Under the pieces are notes generated by a model. The model searched no databases. It saw nothing but the letters and a program-made list of their open reading frames with translations, and was not told where the DNA came from. This document shows, in pieces, positions 9,578 to 17,435 of a stretch of DNA of 64,000 nt (position 1 is the stretch's first letter; every line of letters begins with the position of its first letter). Made by a program: the position numbers and the translations under genes. Location of the stretch: assembly GCA_963718985.1 (NCBI GenBank), contig CAVRAQ010000028.1:5048-69047 (forward strand), in the 5' to 3' direction. The DNA is from an uncultured Acidobacteriaceae bacterium. GTDB taxonomy: Bacteria > Acidobacteriota > Terriglobia > Terriglobales > Acidobacteriaceae.

Positions 9578-10895
9578 CCGGATGGAATCGCCGCGCCAAC
9601 ATCCGCGGGCCGTCGCCTGCGCCGCATGGCACAGCCTTTTTTGGCTTGTCTTTGCCAACTCCGTGGGCGTACTGATCGCGATTCTGCTGCTGGTTCCCGC
9701 TCTCAACCGGCAATTGGGCGAGTGGACTTACGGCCGCTGGATGATGGTGCACATGAATCTGGAGCTCTACGGCTGGGCCAGCCTTCCACTGGTGGGATTT
9801 CTCTTCAGGGTCTACGGCGCGGACCGCGGACCGGTCGCAGATTGGTGCCGGCCGGTGCTCTGGGTCTGGTCCGCCTCCCTCGGCGTCGCCGTATTCTCCT
9901 GGCTCTCCGGACATTCCAGCGGCAGGCTCTTCCTCGACTGGAGCGGATACCCACGCGTGCTGTTTCCCGGTGCGCTTCTGGCGCTTTGGCTGCTTCTGGT
10001 CTTCGCCCTGGTCGGAAGCCGGAGCAATTCGGAGCATACAAACGTGACTGCCTGGGCGGCGAAGCTGCTCGGCCTTGTGATTCTGCTCGCTGTCCCATTT
10101 CTCATTTACATCGCCTCGGGACCCGGCACCTATCCTCCGGTGAATCCCGATTCAGGTGGCCCGACATGCGCAAGCCAGTTGGAATCCTCGCTGGCCATCG
10201 TCGCTGTCCTGCTGATGCTTCCCTTCGGGATTGCACACCGCAAGCCGGCGAAAACCAGAATCGTCTCCATCGCCTGGATCGTCCTGGCCGCGGAATCTAT
10301 CCTCTGCGTCGCGCTGGGCCGCGCCGACATAAGCCATCACAGCCCGGTGCAGTTTCTCAGCCTAAGCAGCCTTCTCCTGTGGTTGCCGCTTACGCCCGCA
10401 TACTATGCGGCATTCGCCTGGCACCAAAGCACCCGCCGCTGGCAATTGGCTTTCCTCTGCTGGTGGTCAGCTCTAGTAGCCACTGGCTGGGTCTTCTTTC
10501 TTCCCGGAGTCCTCGACCACTTCAAATTCACCGACGGCCTGGTCGGTCACTCCTTCATCGCCATGGCAGGATTCACGTCGAGCCTGATCATCTTCGTCAT
10601 GGTGCAACTTCTGGGCGAGGGTGGATGGATCTTCAATCGGACGCGATCCTTTTATCTATGGAACGGCAGCGTCATCGCCTATGTCGTGCTGATGACCGTG
10701 GCCGGCTGGCGCGAGGGCTTCGACCCAACCTTCACCATCGTGCCGGGCATCGCGCGCAACGTCCTCTATGCTCTCCGCCTCGTTACCGGAATCCTGATGC
10801 TCCTTGCCTCATTCGACTGGCTCGTCGATGCGTCAACGCTGCTTCGCGAACCTGTCGCCGCTTCCATTGAAATTCCACAGGAGGAGACAGCATGA
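9558..10895 (+). CDS. Divergent CcoN-like (cbb3 heme-copper oxidase subunit I homolog) membrane protein with an incomplete His-ligand set
   Basis: About 12 TM. TYGRWMMVHMN resembles CcoN TFGRLRPLHTN; DHFKFTDGLVGHS resembles HYTDWTIGHVH; MTVAGWREG and YALRLVTG match the CcoN C-terminal helices; HH present in ISHHSP. Confidence 0.7.
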   Translation: MSTHTLDRMESPRQHPRAVACAAWHSLFWLVFANSVGVLIAILLLVPALNRQLGEWTYGRWMMVHMNLELYGWASLPLVGFLFRVYGADRGPVADWCRPVLWVWSASLGVAVFSWLSGHSSGRLFLDWSGYPRVLFPGALLALWLLLVFALVGSRSNSEHTNVTAWAAKLLGLVILLAVPFLIYIASGPGTYPPVNPDSGGPTCASQLESSLAIVAVLLMLPFGIAHRKPAKTRIVSIAWIVLAAESILCVALGRADISHHSPVQFLSLSSLLLWLPLTPAYYAAFAWHQSTRRWQLAFLCWWSALVATGWVFFLPGVLDHFKFTDGLVGHSFIAMAGFTSSLIIFVMVQLLGEGGWIFNRTRSFYLWNGSVIAYVVLMTVAGWREGFDPTFTIVPGIARNVLYALRLVTGILMLLASFDWLVDASTLLREPVAASIEIPQEETA

Positions 10896-11302
10896 ACCGT
10901 CCCATTCTCATCGGTTATCAGTTGCTGACCGGATTCTCCGATGCCTCAACCGGTGCGTTGCTCCTGCTTGCGCCGGCACTTACGCTGCGCCTGATGCATT
11001 TGCAGGCGCCTTCCGACGCGCTGATCTACAACTCGTTCATCGGCGCATTCGTTTTGTCGGTGGGTTTTGCCTGCCTCTACGGCGCCTACCTCGCATTTCA
11101 CGGCGGCTGCCGCACAAAGCTTGAAATGGTGTGGCTGCTCACAGCCCTCACCCGCGCCAGCGTCGCCATCTTTGTTGTCGGGCAAGTCCTGGTCGGCACG
11201 CTTGAAGCCGGCTGGTTGACCGTAGCGGCTGCTGACGGCGCATGTGTTCTGATTCAGGCGATTGGCTTGCGCAAGGAATGGTTGGCCCGTGCCGCGCGCT
11301 AA
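10892..11302 (+). CDS. Small 4-TM hypothetical membrane protein
   Basis: 136 aa, four hydrophobic segments, GGAGGAG RBS, ATGA overlap with the upstream gene. Confidence 0.8.
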   Translation: MNRPILIGYQLLTGFSDASTGALLLLAPALTLRLMHLQAPSDALIYNSFIGAFVLSVGFACLYGAYLAFHGGCRTKLEMVWLLTALTRASVAIFVVGQVLVGTLEAGWLTVAAADGACVLIQAIGLRKEWLARAAR

Positions 11303-13181
11303 CAGCGGCAGTTCCGGCTGGCAAGGCGCGAGCCTTGTCGCGATCGCGTATGTCTATTTCCTCATCTTCGCTCAGTTCGCATTCCTGAAGCGCCTGGCGA
11401 GCCTGGGCGTAGCCGACGCGCATCTGAATGCCATGATGGCGGCAATGGCCGGCGGCGGAATCCTCCTCAGCCTGCTGGCGCCGCGGATGAGCCTGTGGCC
11501 CTCGGCGAGCCTGCGCCTCCGCATTGCGCTCTTTGCTTCAGGCGCCGCGGCATTCCTCGCGCTTCTTCCGCTCGGCTTCGCCGCTGCCGTGGCCGTATCC
11601 TTCCTCATCGGCGCGGGTCTCGGGCTGCTCACCGTCACTCTGGCCACGCACCTGCGCCGATTCGCCGGCACTCGCAACCCGCTCCTCGCCGTCGCCGTGG
11701 GGACGGGCACAGGCTATCTTGTCTGCAATCTGCCGCGCTTCTTTACCGCCTCGGCTGAAGTGCAGGCATTTTCGGCGGGCATTCTGTGCCTGGCAGGAAT
11801 TGGGATCACTCTTCTGCCTCCGCCCTCGCCGTTTGAAGCGCGTAGCATCGGTCCTCAATCGGCGATCTCTTTTTATCGTGTGCTCGCCGGCTTCACCGCT
11901 CTTGTGTGGCTGGACTCGGCCGCCTTTTTCATCATCCAGAACACCCCGGCACTGAAGGCCGGAACCTGGCAGGGCACATTTCATCTTTGGGCAAACGGTC
12001 TGCTGCATCTTGCCGCGGCCCTCACCGGCGCATGGTTCCTGCGCCGCAGAGGTCTCTCGCCGGTTCTCACCGCCGCCTACCTCGCGCTCGCCATGGCTTG
12101 TTTGCTCCTGCTCCATCCTGACCGCGCACTGCAGGCTTCCGTCTTCTATCCCATCGGCGTCTCGCTCTACTCCGTCGCACTGGTCGCGTATCCATCCCTC
12201 CTCGCTCCCGCTGCTTCCGCCCGGGAGCGGGGCCGAATGGCAGGATGGATTTACGCGATTGCCGGCTGGACGGGCTCTGCGATGGGCATCGGCATGGGCC
12301 GGAATCTAGGCCATGTGCCCCTTGTCTTTGTCGCCGCTGCCGGCGCGGTTGTCCTGCTGCCTCAACTTATTACGGCCTTTCGCCGGCGCTCTCGTGAGCT
12401 TGCGCTCACCGCCCTCGTGATTCTCGCGGCCTTCTCTCTCCATCGGTTTCTTCACGCGTTGGATGCGGTTCCGCAACTTACTCAAGTAGAACGCGGACGC
12501 AGGGTCTACATCTCCGAGGGATGCATTCACTGCCACTCCCAATATGTGCGGCCCAATTCCCCTGACGTACTCATGTGGGGCCCGGTCGAATCCATCTCGG
12601 AGTTGCGCAGTGAACATCCGCCGCTCATTGGCAATCGCCGCCAGGGTCCCGACCTCTCTGAAGTTGGAATGCGCCGCTCGGCCCTGTGGATCAAGGCACA
12701 CTTCTACAATCCCGCCGAGGTCAGCGGCTCCTCCATTATGCCCTCCTATGAATTCCTATTCCGCGACCAGCGCGGGGACGATCTTGTCGCGTATCTCGAA
12801 AGCCTGCGCGGAACAGGCGCAGCGCAACAACTTGCGGAGGAAAGGCTCTGGCAGCCCTCAGCCGCCGCCGTCGCCCAAGCCAATGCAGTCGAAGGAGAAC
12901 GGCTCTACTTGCGCGACTGCGCCAACTGCCACAGCGCGGATGGCCCTACGCGCCGCGCCTGGCAATCGAGCTACAAGCGCCTCCCTCCGGATCTCGCCAA
13001 GGGCCCCTGGCTTTATCTGCCGTCTTCAGATTCCCTTGAGCAGCGCATGGTGCGCCTTGCGCAGATTACCAAGTTCGGCATCCCCGGAACCGACATGCCG
13101 GGACACGAATATCTGTCCGACAGTGACCTCGCCTCTATCAGTCTTTGGTTGTCGCAAGACATCGCGCAATCGAATCGATAA
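11289..13181 (+). CDS. Fusion protein: polytopic (MFS-like) membrane domain + CcoO-like cytochrome c + second cytochrome c domain
   Basis: About 400 aa hydrophobic N-terminal part; GRRVYISEGCIHCHSQYVRP...GNRRQGPDL...HFYNP...SIMPSY (CcoO/FixO signature); C-terminal LYLRDCANCH...GIPGTDMP. Confidence 0.85.
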   Translation: MPRANSGSSGWQGASLVAIAYVYFLIFAQFAFLKRLASLGVADAHLNAMMAAMAGGGILLSLLAPRMSLWPSASLRLRIALFASGAAAFLALLPLGFAAAVAVSFLIGAGLGLLTVTLATHLRRFAGTRNPLLAVAVGTGTGYLVCNLPRFFTASAEVQAFSAGILCLAGIGITLLPPPSPFEARSIGPQSAISFYRVLAGFTALVWLDSAAFFIIQNTPALKAGTWQGTFHLWANGLLHLAAALTGAWFLRRRGLSPVLTAAYLALAMACLLLLHPDRALQASVFYPIGVSLYSVALVAYPSLLAPAASARERGRMAGWIYAIAGWTGSAMGIGMGRNLGHVPLVFVAAAGAVVLLPQLITAFRRRSRELALTALVILAAFSLHRFLHALDAVPQLTQVERGRRVYISEGCIHCHSQYVRPNSPDVLMWGPVESISELRSEHPPLIGNRRQGPDLSEVGMRRSALWIKAHFYNPAEVSGSSIMPSYEFLFRDQRGDDLVAYLESLRGTGAAQQLAEERLWQPSAAAVAQANAVEGERLYLRDCANCHSADGPTRRAWQSSYKRLPPDLAKGPWLYLPSSDSLEQRMVRLAQITKFGIPGTDMPGHEYLSDSDLASISLWLSQDIAQSNR

Positions 13182-13214
13182 CCATAACCGCTCATTGCAC
13201 TCAGGAGAAGAACC

Positions 13215-13793
13215 ATGAAGACGTACGCACAAGCCCTCTTCCTCGCCATCCCGCTCGCGATTGCCCCTGTCGCGCTCGCACAGCATCAGACCTTCCATGT
13301 CAATCCGGACGCCAGCCAGGTCGCCTTCGCCTTGGGCGGCAGCGGCCACCACGTGCAGGGAACATTCCATGTGCAGAGCGGATCGATCGACTTTGACCCC
13401 GGCGCACAGAAGATCTCCGGCTTCGTGGTCGTCGCGGCCGGCAGCGGCAACAGCGGCGAACCGAGCCGCGACAAGAACATGAACGCCAATGTCCTGGACA
13501 CCGATCACTTTGCCCAGGTGACCTTCGCGCCCAACAGCTATCAGGGAGCCATTGCGCCCTCGGGTGATTCCACCATCCAGGTTTCCGGCATCTTTACGTT
13601 GCACGGTACGCCTCATGACCTTACAGTTCCCATGCAAATTCATATCGATGGCGCGAATTTGACCGCCAGGGGACACTTCACGGTTCCCTACGTCAAGTGG
13701 GGTCTCAAAGATCCCAGCATCTTTGTCCTGAAAGTGGCCAAGGACGTTGATATCGACCTGACTCTGAGCGGTCAGCTAACCCGCGGGAACTAG
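13215..13793 (+). CDS. yceI: YceI-family periplasmic lipid/polyisoprenoid-binding protein
   Basis: Signal peptide; VxGxF, SGNSGEPSRD, FTLHGTPH and DVDIDLTL beta-barrel motifs; AGGAG RBS. Confidence 0.88.
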   Translation: MKTYAQALFLAIPLAIAPVALAQHQTFHVNPDASQVAFALGGSGHHVQGTFHVQSGSIDFDPGAQKISGFVVVAAGSGNSGEPSRDKNMNANVLDTDHFAQVTFAPNSYQGAIAPSGDSTIQVSGIFTLHGTPHDLTVPMQIHIDGANLTARGHFTVPYVKWGLKDPSIFVLKVAKDVDIDLTLSGQLTRGN

Positions 13794-13823
13794 GTCTATG
13801 ACCGCTTGACTTTGTACGATACT

Positions 13824-13855
13824 GGGTGCCCCAGGTCTCGATTTTGAGACCTGGG
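13824..13855. repeat. REP-like palindrome
   Basis: GGGTGC followed by a perfect 10-bp stem CCCAGGTCTC-GATTTT-GAGACCTGGG, between convergent genes. Confidence 0.6.
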
Positions 13856-13892
13856 AAAGCGCGAACCCAAGATGCCAATTCACGCGGTCAGA

Positions 13893-13934
13893 GACAAAGG
13901 GCCGAGGCGCTTCATCGCGCCCCGGCCCTTTGTC
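13893..13934. terminator. Probable bidirectional intrinsic terminator
   Basis: GACAAAGGGCCGAGGCGC-loop-GCGCCCCGGCCCTTTGTC hairpin between convergent yceI and TonB-receptor genes. Confidence 0.65.
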
Positions 13935-13951
13935 GGATGGCTTTCAAAAAC

Positions 13952-16900
13952 TCAGAACGAGAATGCAGCCTGGATGAAGATGCGCCGTGCTGCCGAACCG
14001 GACGAGAACATTCCGTAGGCCAGGCTGGTCGATTGGCCAAAATTCGGCGAGTTCACGGTTCCGATCGGTTGTCCACGATCAATGTCGTTGAACAGGTTCA
14101 ACGCCTGGGCGCTGAAGCTGAGCGAGTATTTGTGGCCGGTGCTGGCGCTGCCGCCCATCATTCCCCGGCCGCCTCCACCAAATCCACCGCCAAATCCGCC
14201 GCCTCCGAAGCCTCCGCGCCCGCCGCCGCCGCCACCGCCCGGGGGTGGACCACCGCCAGGGCCGCCGGGGCCACCGCCGCTATTCGAGCCGCTCGCCGAC
14301 TCAAGTTTGGGTCCCAGCCCGAAGGCGCGGCTGACGCGCAGATTCATGGCCACGGCAGCCGGCCCGTGGCCCATGTTTCCCGGAATGATCGTCTCTCCAG
14401 GCTGGGGAATGGTATCGAAGCAGCCAAAAGCAGTCTGCACGTACTGCGTTGAAGATGCTGTGCAATCGGAGGCATTAACGATCGATGGACGGTCGTTGAA
14501 GAAGTTGTCACCAGTCAAATCGTTGGGAGAAACAAAATTGTAGGGACGGCCCGATTGCGCAATGAGAAAAGGGTTGAATGTGATGCCCAGCGGGCCGGCG
14601 TAATTGCCCATCAGAAAGACCATGTTGCGCGAGGCAAAGCCGGCCGGGCGGTAGTCCTGCATCAGGTTGTAGGAGTTTGATGCCGTACCCGTGTCGGAGT
14701 TGGCCCAGGTCAGGTTGTAGAAACCTGACAGCCCCAGGTTGGGCGTCAGGCGTGCGTTGATATTCGCGATGAACTGGGTCTGCTTGAAGACTGCCTGGGA
14801 GTCGTACTGCTCCACGATGCCCAGCGAGGGATTGGGCCGCACTCCGGTCAATGTGGAACTGCCATACAGGAAAGTCCCGGGCAGATAGGCATTCGAGTCG
14901 CGCGTGACCATCTGATGAACGCCATAGCTGCGCAGATAGGTAAAGGAGAGCGACGTTGTTTTAGTCAACTGGCGCTCCAGGCTCGTTGAAAACTGCTCGG
15001 TATAGGGGGAGTGATAGGTGGGCGTGACCTGGATGATCGTCTTCGCATTGGCGCTGGCCGGTCCGCACGTAGACAGGTTGATTGCGCTCAGACTCGTGGC
15101 GCTGAAGCATGTGGGATTTGTGATCGTGTTCTGCGTCTGGCTGTCGGCGCCGCCGCTGTAGCGCGCTATGTTCAGCAGGTTGCCCAGTCCGAAGCGATCG
15201 TAGAAGAAACCATACCCGCCGCGCAGCACGGTCTTGGCTTGTGCGCGGTTCTTGTGGCCATCGAGCGCATAGGCGAAGGCAACCCGCGGACCCCAGTCGT
15301 CGTGATCCGCAACGTGATTCTGTGACTCCCAGCGCAGGCCCCCCGATAGAGTCAGGTTTGCGTTGGCCTTCCAGTCGTCCTGCACAAACAGCGCGCCGTC
15401 GAACACGCTTCTCACCACGGCCGCGGCGCCGGTAGTGTAGTTGAGCTTGTTGGGCAGGCCGCCGGCTGCGGCAATTTGTGAAAACGTCTCGCCCGCGGCA
15501 AGGCCGTTCATCATGATGACGTACGCATTCAGCGAGGGAAAGCTGAAGCTGCCGTTGAAATTGGCGCTTGACGAGTTGGCGTCGCGATTGTAGCGCAGGC
15601 GCGTTCCGAACTTGATGGCATGTGCGCCTGCCGACATGGTAGTCAGGTTCTGCAACTCAAGGTGATCCGTGTGATCGTTGGAGCGTTGGCCGGAAGATCC
15701 GCCGCTCGTAAAGGATCCCGGTACCGAGATGGTTGGCGTGGTGCTCGCGGGTGTTGAGGAGCTGAGGTCGCGAAGATACTGGAACCTCGTTTCGTTCACC
15801 ATGTGTTCGTTGATGGTCTGCGAATCGCTAAGTTGAAGGGTGTGCTCGACAAAGTCTGAAGTCGTGGACTGCGATGGCAGTTGCAGTGACCCGATCCCCC
15901 CGCTCTGGTTGTAACGCTCATATTGGTAGCGCAGCGTGAGCGTGTTCTTCTGCCCCAGTTGGATATCGACGCGCGGCGAAACTTCGGTATGAGTTGAGGG
16001 GTTGAAGAGTCCGCCCGATACGGTTCCCGCGCCGTAGGTATTGGTTGCCGGATTCAAAACCGCCGTGGTCACTGTGTAGATGCTCGCGTTCTGGTTGTCG
16101 CGCTCATCCACGCTGATAAAATACGAAGCGGATTTTGAGATGGAACCGCTGATTGAGCCGTTGTACTGGATGCTGTGGTACGCGGGAATGGCAGTAGTGA
16201 ACGGGTTGCCGGTGTTGAAGGCGTCGTCGTTGCCCTGGGCAAAGAATCTCCCATGCAGTTGGTCGGTTCCGGGTTTGGTCAGAATCTCGATGCGCCCGTA
16301 GCCCAGGTGGTCGAACTCGGCCGAGAAGGGGTTCTGGTTGATGCGAATCTCGCGAATCGCCGACTTGGGGGGAAGTTGCCCGCCAGTGAATCCTGAGATG
16401 TAAACTTCTCCGCCGTTGGGTCCCGCCGCGGGACCGGCCAGAGCCGTCAGTTCGTTTGACAGTTCGTCGGGATCGTCTGAAAGTGCATCCAGGTCCTTGT
16501 CCTTGAGGACCACGGAGCTGGTGTTGCCGCTGGCCTCTACACTCACCATGGGCGCTTCCTCGTCGGAGACCGTCACACTCTGCTGCGCCACCACCATGGC
16601 CAGGGAGATGTCGACGTGCTTCACCTGCCCGGCCGCAACCTGGATGGCAGGCGAAGAAGCTGGAGCGAAGCCCGCGAACACCGCCGTTATGACGTAGCCG
16701 CCGGGCGCCAGCCCGTTCACTGCATACGCGCCCGTGGAGTCGGAGGTAGTAGTAGTCACGGCCGCTCCCGCCGTAGTGGTCACAGTAATCTTCGCCCCGG
16801 GAATCAACGCGCCCGTGGGGTCGGCAATGTGCCCGCGCACAGAAGCTGGCGCTGCGGCCGCCGTTCGTGCGGGAGCCTGAGCGTGCGCAGCGGCCACACT

Positions 16901-16960
16901 AGCCAGGCCCAGCGCCAAAGCAACCAGAAAGCGAATAAAGCAATGCAATTTTAAGTACAC
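13952..16960 (-). CDS. Oar-type TonB-dependent receptor with carboxypeptidase-regulatory-like N-terminal domain
   Basis: Signal peptide, GxxxDPTGAxIPGAxxT domain, NPFSAEFD plug region, FVQDDWK and LSGGLRWE barrel motifs, C-terminal Phe. Confidence 0.9.
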   Translation of the reverse strand: MYLKLHCFIRFLVALALGLASVAAAHAQAPARTAAAAPASVRGHIADPTGALIPGAKITVTTTAGAAVTTTTSDSTGAYAVNGLAPGGYVITAVFAGFAPASSPAIQVAAGQVKHVDISLAMVVAQQSVTVSDEEAPMVSVEASGNTSSVVLKDKDLDALSDDPDELSNELTALAGPAAGPNGGEVYISGFTGGQLPPKSAIREIRINQNPFSAEFDHLGYGRIEILTKPGTDQLHGRFFAQGNDDAFNTGNPFTTAIPAYHSIQYNGSISGSISKSASYFISVDERDNQNASIYTVTTAVLNPATNTYGAGTVSGGLFNPSTHTEVSPRVDIQLGQKNTLTLRYQYERYNQSGGIGSLQLPSQSTTSDFVEHTLQLSDSQTINEHMVNETRFQYLRDLSSSTPASTTPTISVPGSFTSGGSSGQRSNDHTDHLELQNLTTMSAGAHAIKFGTRLRYNRDANSSSANFNGSFSFPSLNAYVIMMNGLAAGETFSQIAAAGGLPNKLNYTTGAAAVVRSVFDGALFVQDDWKANANLTLSGGLRWESQNHVADHDDWGPRVAFAYALDGHKNRAQAKTVLRGGYGFFYDRFGLGNLLNIARYSGGADSQTQNTITNPTCFSATSLSAINLSTCGPASANAKTIIQVTPTYHSPYTEQFSTSLERQLTKTTSLSFTYLRSYGVHQMVTRDSNAYLPGTFLYGSSTLTGVRPNPSLGIVEQYDSQAVFKQTQFIANINARLTPNLGLSGFYNLTWANSDTGTASNSYNLMQDYRPAGFASRNMVFLMGNYAGPLGITFNPFLIAQSGRPYNFVSPNDLTGDNFFNDRPSIVNASDCTASSTQYVQTAFGCFDTIPQPGETIIPGNMGHGPAAVAMNLRVSRAFGLGPKLESASGSNSGGGPGGPGGGPPPGGGGGGGRGGFGGGGFGGGFGGGGRGMMGGSASTGHKYSLSFSAQALNLFNDIDRGQPIGTVNSPNFGQSTSLAYGMFSSGSAARRIFIQAAFSF

Positions 16961-17259
16961 GTGTTCCTCACTTGTTTTCGACGAAAATCTGGAAGCGCAT
17001 GCTGGATTGTCTCCGGCATGCGCGAGTTCGTGCTCCGGTTGGAGAGCAGCTCCCGGCTGGCGGCTGGAGCCTCGGGCTGCGGCTCAAAAGCTACCAACGA
17101 TCGGACCGCCGTGATCGTACCCCGTGAATGGGCAAGCGCCTGCGCGGCGGCGAGGGCCGTGGCAACCAGGAACGCCACCGGCAGCGCCAATTGCACAATT
17201 GAACCTGGAACGCGATTCTTCATCCTGCGCTTCATAAGATAGTGCTCCACGGGCCGCAT
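16951..17259 (-). CDS. Possible small secreted hypothetical protein
   Basis: Signal-peptide-like segment LALPVAFLVATALAAAQALA; stop overlaps the receptor start. Start codon uncertain. Confidence 0.4.
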   Translation of the reverse strand: MRPVEHYLMKRRMKNRVPGSIVQLALPVAFLVATALAAAQALAHSRGTITAVRSLVAFEPQPEAPAASRELLSNRSTNSRMPETIQHALPDFRRKQVRNTCT

Positions 17260-17435
17260 GCTGCCGGGAGCAGGTTTTCAATCTGAAAGCTATTTCGATA
17301 GACGAACCAGTGAGCCGGAAAGTTGAGAGGACGTTTCACACTATGGTGCCTGGCCAGAATGCCATTTTGGCGCAAAAGGGCTTGTCTGCTCAATCTGGAG
17401 ACAGCCTGTCTCGCAAAATGAAGCTAAGCTGTGTC

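Noticed and set aside
9626-10870. 414-aa alternative-frame ORF over the CcoN-like gene
   Set aside because: Arg/Pro-rich off-frame translation with no family features.
9558-13181. Calling these genes a canonical ccoNO cbb3 oxidase
   Set aside because: Key His ligands appear missing, CcoO is fused to a large membrane domain, and no ccoQ/ccoGHIS genes are present.
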